A DNA stretch of 63,883 bases, the filler included, from Octopus bimaculoides (taxonomy: Eukaryota): assembly GCF_001194135.2 (NCBI RefSeq). It is 6 parts of 6 records of this genome, joined end to end, with 100 filler letters (N's around TTAATTAATTAA, not from the genome) between each part and the next. Parts side by side here need not be neighbours in the genome. Positions count along the whole stretch, not along the records: positions 1 to 16,620 come from NC_068986.1; positions 16,721 to 42,134 come from NC_068982.1; 4 more parts are not named here. One strand, given 5' to 3'. Below the pieces are notes generated by a model. The model was not told the origin of the DNA. It searched no databases and saw nothing but the letters and a program-made list of their open reading frames with translations. Of this stretch, positions 12,164 to 24,619 are shown one piece after another. Positions within the stretch are counted from its first letter, which is position 1; the number at the start of each line of letters is the position of its first letter. The translations under genes and the position numbers were made by a program.

Positions 12164-14464
12164 NNNNNNNNNNNNNNNNNNNNNNNNNNNNNNNNNNNNN
12201 NNNNNNNNNNNNNNNNNNNNNNNNNNNNNNNNNNNNNNNNNNNNNNNNNNNNNNNNNNNNNNNNNNNNNNNNNNNNNNNNNNNNNNNNNNNNNNNNNNNN
12301 NNNNNNNNNNNNNNNNNNNNNNNNNNNNNNNNNNNNNNNNNNNNNNNNNNNNNNNNNNNNNNNNNNNNNNNNNNNNNNNNNNNNNNNNNNNNNNNNNNNN
12401 NNNNNNNNNNNNNNNNNNNNNNNNNNNNNNNNNNNNNNNNNNNNNNNNNNNNNNNNNNNNNNNNNNNNNNNNNNNNNNNNNNNNNNNNNNNNNNNNNNNN
12501 NNNNNNNNNNNNNNNNNNNNNNNNNNNNNNNNNNNNNNNNNNNNNNNNNNNNNNNNNNNNNNNNNNNNNNNNNNNNNNNNNNNNNNNNNNNNNNNNNNNN
12601 NNNNNNNNNNNNNNNNNNNNNNNNNNNNNNNNNNNNNNNNNNNNNNNNNNNNNNNNNNNNNNNNNNNNNNNNNNNNNNNNNNNNNNNNNNNNNNNNNNNN
12701 NNNNNNNNNNNNNNNNNNNNNNNNNNNNNNNNNNNNNNNNNNNNNNNNNNNNNNNNNNNNNNNNNNNNNNNNNNNNNNNNNNNNNNNNNNNNNNNNNNNN
12801 NNNNNNNNNNNNTATATATATATATATATATAAATCACTCTAATCTTCTCTCTCTTTCATGCCTGAGATCAACGATTAAGCATTTATCAATCATTCATTA
12901 CTATAAAACAATTGCAATGCTACGCTACTCAGTCCTTTCTTAATGAAGAGTGTACCCTGTAGTCACACTTCCACGCCACATCAATGTGGATGTTCCGTTG
13001 GGACACAGGGTAGAATAGATAGAATCTTGGTTGTAATTAAAGCAAAATGGGCGCAAATGACCGGCGCAATATGACCACTAATTCTCTCCGCCCTTTTTAA
13101 CAAGTCACATAATAGGCTGGTTGGCATGAGGTACCATAAACTTTTCTACTAGATGGAAACTCTTAGTTCCAATCCCGGTCGGATGGAGCTCGTAAGTGAG
13201 GAGAAATTGTCCGATCGTCGAAGGAAAACAAGCCCGACAGAAACCCACAAAGCAAAGGTTGGACATTGGACAAATCTTCTGATCCTAAAAAGGAACGAAC
13301 TCCTGGTTACAGAAACTTCAGACATTCATAAGCATCCAAAACACCTTAGGAAAGTGGCGGTTATTTGGCGGGAAAAGGAGAGAAGCCAGTGAGTGAAGAA
13401 TATGAAATCACGTGTGAACTATAGGTATTGGTAGGAAAGTATTGAGAGAAAGAGACAGAGTGTATTTTAAAACTTGACACAAAATGGAAAGAAGAGCTAT
13501 AGAATATTCTCGACTTCACCCCTGCATAACATATCTGTGGACTTTGGTAACAAATCACTATTTCTAGATACGTATGATGGACGGAATGCTGTAAAGCAAT
13601 TGATGAGTTTATAGAAAGCCAAGATTACAACATTTCACTCTTTCGATCAGTGAATGAAATCGTGTCCATTCTTATCCTACATATATTGATGTGAACATCA
13701 ATAATCACATCATAACTTTTCGTTGACTATGTGATAACATTAGAGCTTCTACATGGTTGCTTAACCTTTAAGAAATAGCAACCAAATATCCTTCACATCA
13801 ATTCCTATTCATTTCTATAAAGTCACTTTTAATAATGTAATAAATGCAAAACGTAATGGTGGCATATGGAACGCATTTGATTATAGGTAATCTTGTTAAC
13901 AGCTAACAGTAGCAGCAATAACATCAATAACAACAAAGTTTATCAATGTGACATAATGTGATTATGTAAGTAAACAATGTTATACTAATATTAAGATGAG
14001 CGCTTGACACGTTAACGCTTAATTTTATAAATGAAAATCTAAAAAATATTGATTGCGGATTGTTGAATCTATAATCAACAAAGCAAGTTGCGGTAGACAA
14101 ATTTAATCAATGTTGTTTAATTTAACTTGGACTTATGATGAAATGGACTGACATGTTCCAATTATCATTCTAATAACACATTATCAGACGTCAAATAAGT
14201 CATTATTACCATACTAATAATATTTTCGCAGATGTCAAATAAATTCCCGTCGATGTATATGTACCAGGTGGCGAATTAAGTAGTCATTGTGTAACATAGG
14301 TTTCTCAAATACAAGCTTTAAGGTATCTAATATTTTAAAGATTGATATCAAAGGCTTATGCCGGTGGTTAACTGTGTTACAATTCTCCCGTACAAGGACT
14401 ACAGAAAAATATCAATAACTTTTATCAATTACACCTCTACTATTCAAATACTAGCTTTCTCCAG

Positions 14465-14485
14465 AAGAATCTACAGGACAGAACA
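14465..14485 (+). other. Candidate 21-nt micro-exon (unverified)
   Basis: ctagctttctccAG | AAGAATCTACAGGACAGAACA | GTGAGT; length divisible by 3 and open in all phases. Splice-signal match only. Confidence 0.25.
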
Positions 14486-15424
14486 GTGAGTAGACAATAG
14501 CATAACACTCCTTTCTTCTAGTAGGGGCCTGGATCTATTGACATGTGGAGGTCTGCAAGTATTGAAAAAGAACACTGACAAACAGTAGTGTTTAATGAAA
14601 TTGAGAAGGTTTTTAAATGTTAATGGTGTAAAATTTCATAGTGAGAAAAAAAAGAATTATACGCATACAGACGTTGTTTTGTCTTATAATTAAACAAGAG
14701 GTTGAGCGAAATTTTGGTGAGTGAAGCCTGATGATTATCAGCTTGAAAATCACAGCATTAATGTATGAATACAAATATCATCATATTTTGTTGTTTTGTA
14801 CGATACATTCATTCAAATACTTACTTTCTAATCTCTCGCCGAAGCTCTCACAAGGCGAAGTGCTATACTTAAAATCTACCTGCCAAGCAACAGCAACAAA
14901 GCAACAACACTCTCACACCGCTACGGACATAAAAGAAACGAACCCTCTAAGAAACCGCCTGGTCGGTATGTTTGGAAACTGACGTTGATTACAGACATAG
15001 CTGTACATATGAAAACTTCATTATAGGATTTCGGCACGTTTCTACAATTCCATATCACTCGATATTGTGTTCCAAAAGACACCAACATGTGCAATATGTA
15101 TAGCATTGAAAACTTTAGTGGAAAACAAATTCCAGTAAATACTTGAGCAACGAAAACGGATATTTCACTGAAAAGGATAATGAATCCCAGCCTGAATCAC
15201 CGGAGAGAGTTCGATATTTGAAAATATATATACTGACAATCTCTGGCTATTGATATTGGTGTGCTAACAAACACACAAATAAAACAACCTATGCGATAAA
15301 TATATAAATAGGAAATTGCAAGTTAAATATATAAATATATAAATACGAAATTGCAAGTTATCCGGCAACAAGACGCAGTTGAGAGATATTTGTTGGATTC
15401 TTTTAACTAAACTTTCCCTACAAA

Positions 15425-15570
15425 ACCATTTCTCCTCACTCACACACTCTCTCTCTCTATCTATCTATCTATCTATCTATCTACCTATCTATCTATCCAT
15501 CTATCTCTCTGTCTATCTATCTATCTATTATCTACCTATCCATCTATCTACCTTACCATCTATCTGTCTA
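15425..15570. repeat. (CTAT)n microsatellite
   Basis: Direct reading. Confidence 0.95.
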
Positions 15571-15865
15571 AATAACTGCCTTGTCTATATCATTCACTTC
15601 ATCAGTAAATAAAGTACCAAAACGAACTGCAAAAATCATATTGTCTGTTATCATATACTGGTATTTTTTTTTTCTGTTTCTGATGTTTCATCATTTATTT
15701 CATAATACTTTTTTTGCACTGCTATAAACCACATTTAAGTCTAAAAGCACCATACGTACAATTTTACCACATTTTTGAGAAACACTGATGCAGTATACAT
15801 GTATGTATTTTTATTCGTTTATTAGTATGTTTCTCTCTTTCTCTCTTTCTCTGTGTTTATAACTC

Positions 15866-16042
<177 letters not shown>

Positions 16043-16269
16043 TGTTTGTGTGTTTTACTTAGGTACCTCAACCGCTTCATAGAGTGGTAAGAAACCTTGT
16101 TGCTATAAAAGGCGTGTAATGGTCATTTTCAAACTTGATGGAATATTACATTCTGGATGCGACCCCGGCGGATTATTTTTCAGAAAGAAAGACAAAGTGA
16201 TAAAGTGTGAGGGACAGAATGAGTGAGAGAGAGAGAGACAACGAGAGTGAAAGCTAATGAGAGAGAGAA

Positions 16270-16315
<46 letters not shown>

Positions 16316-16664
16316 ACGTATTCTAGTACAATGTGGTACTTGTTTATCGATTCCAAAATAATAAAAAAATGAAAGAATAAAAGACAAAATCGATCTTTGA
16401 GCGATTGAAACTCAGAGTGCGTAGACGAAGTGATTACTGCAAGGCGGATTCTTTACCGTTCCGTGAAATAATCACGTTCACATGCATAAATGCATAGACA
16501 TACCCATTCATACTCACATACACACACACCTACACATGCATACATACATATACATACATACATACATACATACATACATACATGCATATACACACCCCTA
16601 CATTATATATATATATATATNNNNNNNNNNNNNNNNNNNNNNNNNNNNNNNNNNNNNNNNNNNN

Positions 16665-16676
16665 TTAATTAATTAA
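16665..16676. other. Artificial gap linker TTAATTAATTAA (also 42179-42190, 51406-51417, 56530-56541, 60845-60856)
   Basis: Identical palindromic 12-mer with stops in all six frames, centred in 44N+12+44N = 100-bp gaps, five times. Assembly construct, not biology. Confidence 0.95.
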
Positions 16677-16720
16677 NNNNNNNNNNNNNNNNNNNNNNNN
16701 NNNNNNNNNNNNNNNNNNNN

Positions 16721-16795
16721 TAGTAAAAGACACTTGCCCAAGGTACCACGTAGTGGGACTGAACCCGGAACCATATAGTTGGTAAGCAAGCTACT

Positions 16796-16797
<2 letters not shown>
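16721..16797 (-). mobile_element. SINE type B head fragment
   Basis: gacacttgcccaaggtaccacgtagtgggactgaacccggaacc, reverse complement of the 40856 copy head. Confidence 0.85.
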
Positions 16798-16845
<48 letters not shown>

Positions 16846-17339
16846 TGTGTTTGTGTGCGTGTGTGTGCGTGTGTGTAGATAGACAGACAGACACAGGCAG
16901 GCAGCGAGTCATTTTTCTGTAAGTCAAACAATCTTTGCTCTCCATCTATCTATGTGCATGCGTATATACATGTGGTGTACATGAGTCGCATTTGCCTATG
17001 CGTATTAGCATAGTGTACATATGTGTCTGTATGTGTTGTTTGTCAAAATGTATCTTTTTTGCTTGTTTATTTTTGTTTTCTGCTTTGCATATTTGTTGAA
17101 CTTACAGAACGTCTGTCATCAAAACTAGGAACGACTAAAGAAAACATTGAAATCTATTAAAGAAACTATTTGCAGAAAATACATGTTCCATGGTGGTTCA
17201 GATCTAAATATAGCTATTAGTAAATAACATAATGGGTATGATTATTTTTGTTCGTATCTTTTTCTCTGTATATGTAACAAAAGACTGTATAACACTGTTA
17301 AAAAATAGCAGCACCGGCTGACAAGAAATACTAGTGGTG

Positions 17340-18185
17340 ACGATGATAGTGATAATCCCTGTAGTTATGATGGTGGTGGTGGTGGTGGTGGCGGCGGCGG
17401 TGGTGGTGGCGGTCGTCACCGTCGTCGTCGTGGTAGTGGTGGTGAGGATTGTGGTGGTGGTGGTGGTCATGATAGCGATGACGGCAAGTATAAGTAATGA
17501 ATAAGATGTGTGAGAATAAGTGGGGTGGGGGTGATGTTAACCTCATTTCTTTCAGCTCCTTCGTGTAANNNNNNNNNNNNNNNNNNNNNNNNNNNNNNNN
17601 NNNNNNNNNNNNNNNNNNNNNNNNNNNNNNNNNNNNNNNNNNNNNNNNNNNNNNNNNNNNNNNNNNNNNNNNNNNNNNNNNNNNNNNNNNNNNNNNNNNN
17701 NNNNNNNNNNNNNNNNNNNNNNNNNNNNNNNNNNNNNNNNNNNNNNNNNNNNNNNNNNNNNNNNNNNNNNNNNNNNNNNNNNNNNNNNNNNNNNNNNNNN
17801 NNNNNNNNNNNNNCTAATACAAGAGAAGAAAGAAACGAAGATAGATGGCTGCTACAGTGGGGGTAAAATCGATGGCATAATTTGACTACTCGGGTGGATT
17901 AATATTGTAATATTAACCGACCCGAGTGGGATGAAAGAAACATTGGCTTCGGTCGGATTTGAACTCAAAGTGCAGAAAGTCGAAACAAATACTGCAAGAC
18001 GTTATTGTATTCGACTTTCGACTCTGCTAATTCGCTGCCGACGACGACGACGACGACGATGACGACGACGACGACGACGACGACGACGGCGACAATGAAA
18101 TCAATGACGACGACGACGACCGGCTGACGAAGACAAAGTTGATAATGATGAAGATGATAGTGTGATGAAGATGAAAATGATGTGA
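17340..18185. repeat. Trinucleotide SSR cluster (GTG/GAT/GAC) flanking a gap and a minus-strand SINE type A (~17860-18040)
   Basis: Direct reading; explains the poly-T, poly-H and poly-V ORFs. Confidence 0.9.
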
Positions 18186-18848
18186 GGTGTAGAGTGATGA
18201 TGTTGATGGTTACGATGATGAACTTGTTAGTATGAGTATGATAAATAGCTTGGTGCTGTTGAAAGCAATATCTTAGATGATACATTTTTCTTTCCATTTG
18301 TATTTTTTATTCATCATCCTCTTCTTGATGTCTCAGTTAACAATAATCGTTTTTACCTCTCTTCGTGTTGCAGTCAGATTAAGAGTTCGTCTTTTTATCT
18401 TTGTTTTATTTTGTTTATTATTTACGAATTAGTTCCTGACAAGATTGCAACCAACCAACAATGAAACAATCCTCAGGCGGCCACTCAGTATTCCTTTTAT
18501 CTTTAAGTCAGTAAAAGTAACGCTCATGACCTGTTACTGGGATTTCGAGCATGGAAACATCGCTATCAATGCTTGGAACAGAATGAATTCTGCAAAAACC
18601 TACCAACGTGTCATGTACCAAGATTATAGGTTAAATCTACCAGCCAAGCAAACTTATAGCGGGATTTGAATTCAGAATGCAAAGAACTGGAATAAATACC
18701 GCAAGACATCTTTCCGACGTTCTTGCAGTTCCACCAATCAATCCATCGGCTGCATTACTTAACGGCCCCGACAGGGATGAAAAGCAAAGTTAACTACGAA
18801 GCATTTTATCTGCCAAATTATGATTCTGCAAATCCGTCGCCAACATAT

Positions 18849-19233
18849 GTTGTTGTTGGCACTCTGTCGCTTACGACGTCGAGGGTTTCAGTTGATCCGA
18901 TCAACGGAACAGCCTGCTCGTGAAATTAACGTGCAAGTGGCTGAGCACTCCACAGACACGTATACCCTTAACGTAGTTCTCGGGGATATTCAGCGTGACA
19001 CAGTGTGACAAGGCTGACCATTTGAATTACAAGCACAACAGAAACAGGTAGAAAGAGTGAGAGAAAGTTGCGGTGGAAGAGTACAGCAGGGTTCGCACCA
19101 TCCCCTGCCGAGCCTCGTGAAGCTTTAGGTGTTTTCGCTCAATAAACACTCACAACGCCCAGTCAGGGAATCGAAACCGCGATCCTATGACCGCGAGTCC
19201 ACTGCCCTAACCACTGGGCCATTGCGCCTCCAC
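18849..19233 (-). mobile_element. Full-length tRNA-derived SINE type D with 11-bp TSD
   Basis: Minus-strand head gtggaggcgcaatggcccagtggttaggg...ggtttcgattccc, (AAC)n tail, TSD cgccaacatat at 18838-18848 and 19234-19244. Confidence 0.93.
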
Positions 19234-20198
19234 CGCCAACATATATTGCATGTTATAAAAAAAAATGTGAAAGAAAACAATTAAAAACCTAATGAGAGTA
19301 CCCTCAAGTATACTAAATCTGTCGATGCAAGATTTAAACGATTTACAATTAGGGTAATATTTATCTAGAAAATATGACGTAGGATGATAGATTCGAGAAA
19401 AGAAACCTCGATATAGAAGAAAGGGAAAATAGTTTACTAGTACGTTGTGATAACCTTGTTTCTTTTGTATCGAGTGTCACTAGCAACATTCGTGCCAGTT
19501 CATGCCTATTTTGTTTTATTTGAGCGATTCGTGGAGTAAAGTTAGACAATTTGTTCATGCATTATTTTCAAGAAGAAATTTTGTATTTCTTAATGATGCA
19601 TTAAATGTTGCTAGGTTCCTTTTTATACGGTATTGCAGAGGCATCCTTTGCAGTTCGAGTGTTAGCTTATTTTGGAGTATTTCTATCTTCTGATGGAATT
19701 TTAGGCAAGCAGCAAAGGAACAGTCTGGATATTGCATGTGTATGATTTTTTTCTATACCGTATACTAAACTTCATCTGAAAAGGGTAGAAGAAAGTATAT
19801 TTAAATACTTATATATATATACAGCCTTTTTGTTTGTTTATTTCACCGTTTCGTTTTCCTGTCTTGTTTTCCGTCCGCCACTACCCTCCATGGAACAAAT
19901 TTAATTTGTGTTCGTGGGAAGAGCCATTTTAACGATGCGTCCTGCCTTAAATCTTCGAAACGCCAGTGTTTAATGGTAGCAGCTAATGAAGGATATGTTC
20001 TCTATGTGGCCTGCTTGTTTTTTGTACCTTGTTTATCATTTTGTCCATGTTTGTTTGCAACATCATGTACCCAGATATGTATCTATATGTACATGTAGAT
20101 GAAGGTACGTACATACATGTGCATATATATGCATATACTCATATATTGTTTATATATATATATATGTGTGTGTGTGTATGTGTGTGTGTGTGTGTGTA

Positions 20199-20545
20199 GC
20201 CTCTTCGACGATACCAGGAACAACTTAAACAACACTGAAAGCCACCGAAATTGAGCCAAAATTGTTTGAAACACAAGTCTGAGACCGTACCAAGTAGTGG
20301 TGTTCCATCATTATCGGAACCAAAAGCGTCGAAGCCTCCAGAAGAAAAAGGAAGAAATCAAACAACGGGAGAGAAAGGCTCGACAAAATCAACCTCGTCC
20401 TCCACCCACCAACATTGCCATGCAGTCAATGCCTTCGCTTCTTCTATGCAAGAATTGGTCTGTAGTTTCATCAACACTGTCATCGCAAAGGAAGTTTTGA
20501 GCAATGAAATAAACTCACGGATACGAGATAAAGTCGACGACGATA
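20199..20545 (+). mobile_element. RTE-clade LINE 3' end (degenerate)
   Basis: Frameshifted translation LRRYQEQLKQH..KATEIEPKLFETQV*DRTK*W..QKKKEEIKQRERKARQNQP..PTLPCSQCLRFFYARIGL (20405-20463) resembles the RTE C-terminus with its CxxC...RIGL zinc-knuckle motif. Confidence 0.8.
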
Positions 20546-21383
20546 TATGGATTCTCGCTGTCTTGGACAACATATGAGTATTCCGAAATTTCTTGCTGAA
20601 CAACCTTCACAGATAATCTGTTTATGGTGACCAAATGTTTTCTGCTGTACATTACCTCATTCGCTCCATCAAATAGTCATTGCTCATACTGCTTCACAGT
20701 ATGCCACACGTCAGATGTCGAAGTGGTCGCAGATCGCAGAGTAACATGAGATGAATGTTTGGCTTAAGACCATAACGTACCGCCCGTCCGGGAATCGAAA
20801 CTGGTGTCAAGCGTCCGTGAGTGCAACACCCTGTGTATGTCTGCCATGTATATAAATTCACTGGAGTAAACGTCATTAGATGTTGTGTTTAAACAACACG
20901 AGAGGGAATTGACTGATTGAAATTACTTTTGCCAGACCCTAACGCAATTGTGTTTAATATGCATAAAGCTACCTGAGGTATTTTATATGGTTGGCATTAC
21001 TATATTTTCTCTATTTTTCTATATAAGGCGATCACCCTTAATTTGGCTCAGTAAATAGAATATTCTTCACAGAAATAATTTGAGAAGACTGAAACATGCC
21101 TGTTGCAATCACCAGTAGGTAGGATCAAATTCGCATATAAAAGGATTGTTTACAATGTCCAGAAATTCGTATTGGATTTAACTCTCATAATTTTTGTTTT
21201 CAGATTTTAAACAACTTTAGAAGTTTTAGTTCTCAAATTGCATGGATAATATCACTTCATCGCCATTATATCACATATATCAGAACCTACCGCATTTATA
21301 TTCAATATGCAGAATGCTCTCATGGGGTACTTTTCTCAGCCATATTATTCGCAAATGTATACACACACACACACACACGCACA

Positions 21384-21436
<53 letters not shown>

Positions 21437-23158
21437 GAATATTACTTTTACTGAAATGGGGGGACCATTTTTTGTTTCCAGTCGTCAAATCTGATATATT
21501 CAAGTTGCAGAAACAACAATGTTGGACTAATTGAAACGCTTTATTCCAATATTTCTATTTTTATTTTTGATGCTGTTGTTGCATTTCAACTCGTGCTTTT
21601 TCGTAAAGCCAATTACTTCAGTATTAGTTTTGTTAGTATCATTATCCATTGTCACAATTCTGTATTTATTCCCACACGTGATATTACAACCGTCATGCCT
21701 ATATGTAAAACAATTATTTATGTCACTAAATATAACAACCACTATTTTACAATGTACTGACACGGTCATTTCAGAAGCAATTTCAAACAATTGCACCACT
21801 GAGACAGCTGAAGAAGGTTATAAGATCAAGGTTATTTGAAACTGGAGTCTATCAGTTAATATATGGTTGCATTGTTTTCTTTAATATTCAGATTTTGATG
21901 GGTGGTAAAATGTGGGACTAGGCTCACGATAAAAGACAAAAACGTTTTATGTAATTGCAAATGTCTACTTAAATATATATAAGCCAAAAGTTATCGACTC
22001 TGGATTTCTCCCTAAACCTTAATTGCAACTTTCATTCGTATTGAATGAGAAAAACATTCATAATTTTTAAAAGTTTGTAAATCTTTAGTTCTGCTATGTT
22101 ATACAAAATCTATAGTTTTATTTTTTTATGTTGCTACCGCCTTCTTTGCATGCCTGTTACTATTCACCATGATGATACCAACTTTTATTGTTTTGACAAT
22201 CTCGAAGGATTGGTAGAAAGTAATTCGAGAACTGACGTCTATAGCCATCTTCCTAACAATAGAATATAATGTGAAATCAGTCTCTGTATGACACACAAAA
22301 TAGAGTTAGCTTCTCATCGACGGTTTTTTCTTTAGCAACATTAGGGGATTTCATGCAAGGGATTTCTCTACATCTGTTCAGACCGCAAGTCTAAACACAC
22401 TAAAAATTAATTCATTGATTTTCGTGCATGAAAGTTATTCTCTTCAGTTTTCCCCCCTAAAATACGTATGTTTTGATTATTCTAGTATATGGGAACTATT
22501 TAGGTTGTTGTTCTTTAACACCAGATCACTCATAATCAAACAGGTCTAGAATAATTTAATTTCAATTTAATATCTCGCTTTTCACTAAACTAAAGAAATT
22601 TTATCTGAAATGTTTGAAAAATATTCCACTTTATCATGTAATGAGATCTCTTAAACGAGAAATGAATCTAACAATTTAAGAGTGTTTAAGAGCAATTTTT
22701 TTATACACTAAAAGACGTTTTAAGATTTTGTTTGTTCGTTTTCTTTCGTGATATTCATGTAAGAAGGTTGTTGCCATTGTAATAGAAAACTTGTGATAAA
22801 TAATTTCTCAGTATAACTTTATTTAAAAACTGAGATAGCAAAAGAGAGACACAATGATGCAAAGAAAGAGAGGGGGCCAGACAGAGAGAGTGAGAGAGAT
22901 AAGGGAAAGAAAGCAACATGTTAACAGTAATATTGAAAGAGTTAATTTGATAAAAACGAAGGTCAAATGGGGAGAGATGGTAATTTATAGATAGATAGGG
23001 AGAAAGAAATAGTAAGAGAGTGAAAGATCGGACATTTTATGTAGTAGAGAGGGGAGATTTTCTGAGGAGAGAGAGGGGAGGACGGTCTAGGAAGTTTGTG
23101 CTTGTATATATATGTGTGTGTGTGTATGTGTGTGTTTGTATGCACACACACACACACA

Positions 23159-23199
<41 letters not shown>

Positions 23200-24223
23200 A
23201 GGAAGTGTGTCTATGTATGTGCGTGTATACATACGCGTGTGTCTCAATGTTTGTAGGGGCAGGGGATAAGTTTTGATTTCAAAAAGATTTATATATCATT
23301 TACGATGTTTTTGAAATAAGCAGACGTATTCCCATTCGTTAACAAAATTTTGCGAACGTATATTCAAATTTTCACATGAACAGATAGACCTAGGGTTAAC
23401 GACAGAAACCAAATACAAGAATTAAAATTTTAGTCTGAGAATTTAGTTGCATCTATTGCTCTTGAGATTGAGGTGCGTTGGGTAAGCTGGGTGGACGGTT
23501 TATGTTGCGTTGTTTATTATTTTGTTACGATAATTACTTTCGTAAAGTGAAAATAAGAAAAACTTTCATAACAGTGATTTACAGATTTCTACTTAAAAAA
23601 CGAAAACAAGAAGACACATGCCTGAAAGAGATATCTGTTACTCTTATGAGCACCATCCGTTTAACATTATATTTTCTTTTGTATAGAAAAGAGTACTGGA
23701 TTAGATTCAAGAATAAAATTGGGGATACATACTAAAAGCTAACAATAAAGGTGATTGTATGTATGCATATGTATATGTATGTATGTCTTCGAGTTTGTGT
23801 TTGTGTTTCCTACACTCAGCTTGTTTGTTTACTTCTCTATAACTTAGAGGTTTGGTAAAGGGACTGTTAGAATAGGTAACAGAATTTTTGAATAAAAGTA
23901 TTGGAGTCGATATGTTTGACTAAAGCTTTCGAGTCATTGTCCCGGCATGGTTGCGATCCAATAACAGAAACAAGGAAAAGAATATATAAGATATAAATGT
24001 TAGCATTACAATTATATCACAACTTGCGGAAACGCATCGGTTTTAATCTATTCGTTATTTGAGAACTGCGTCTTATGATATTTGCAATATTTATTTCTGT
24101 ATCAACTGCTAATTCATAATATTCATTAAATATTCTGAACATTATTTAATGCTTGAGGTGTAGATTCTCTTTTGATAACTATCAATATTTATGCCATTGT
24201 TGTTTGATATGCATAGTCTTATA

Positions 24224-24448
24224 CGGGGGGATGCTAAAAAGTTCGTGACTTATGAGTAAATGAAAATACAGGAGGATCAGTTAATAATGATTTTATTCAG
24301 CATATTTCCCCCTCAGATTCATACACCTTATTGCAGCGATCCTTCAATGTTTCTAGGCACTGTAAAAAAAAAACACTCGGAAGGTTGGACCTCCAACCAG
24401 GCCTATCGCGACACCCTTATAGTCAGGAACCCTTCAGCACCCCCTTCG
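24224..24448 (-). mobile_element. mariner-derived MITE (~225 bp) with TA TSDs
   Basis: TA-cggggggatgctaaaaagttcgtgact ... agtcaggaacccttcagcacccccttcg-TA (imperfect ~28-bp TIRs). The interior minus strand reads ..RCMNLRGKYAE*, a mariner C-terminal remnant. Confidence 0.88.
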
Positions 24449-24619
24449 TATGCCTGTTTACCTTTCACAATTACTATTGTATTATTATCTGCTTAAGTCT
24501 GAGTCATATATTTAAGAAGTAGTTCGTTTTTTGCTTCTGCATCCATATCAAACTAAAATTCCGGTTTTATAAAACACTGGTCATAACGATCTTGATCTTC
24601 CTGAGCTAGGGATCGTCCG

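Noticed and set aside
13140-13560. Purine-rich segment suggestive of a LINE 5' region
   Set aside because: No convincing endonuclease motifs in any frame; left unassigned.
15301-15360. Short tandem duplications (also ~34950-35012, ~32328-32370, and (GAACGGAC)n at ~56606-56632)
   Set aside because: Ordinary slippage products; too short and unspaced for CRISPR-like or satellite organisation.
16621-16720. Recurring perfect palindrome TTAATTAATTAA (five copies)
   Set aside because: Always centred in 44N+44N gaps; an assembly spacer with stops in six frames, not genomic sequence.
20251-20577. 108-aa ORF resembling a low-complexity protein exon
   Set aside because: Alternative frame of the RTE LINE 3' end identified from neighbouring frames.
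21531-21839. 102-aa ORF with a signal-peptide-like hydrophobic N-terminus
   Set aside because: T-rich sequence readily yields F/L/I runs; no domain or splice support.
21808-21855. CUGAAGA...GAAAC UGGA GUC hammerhead-like pattern on the plus strand
   Set aside because: Helix II is mostly G-U pairs and helix I does not form next to the core; likely chance.
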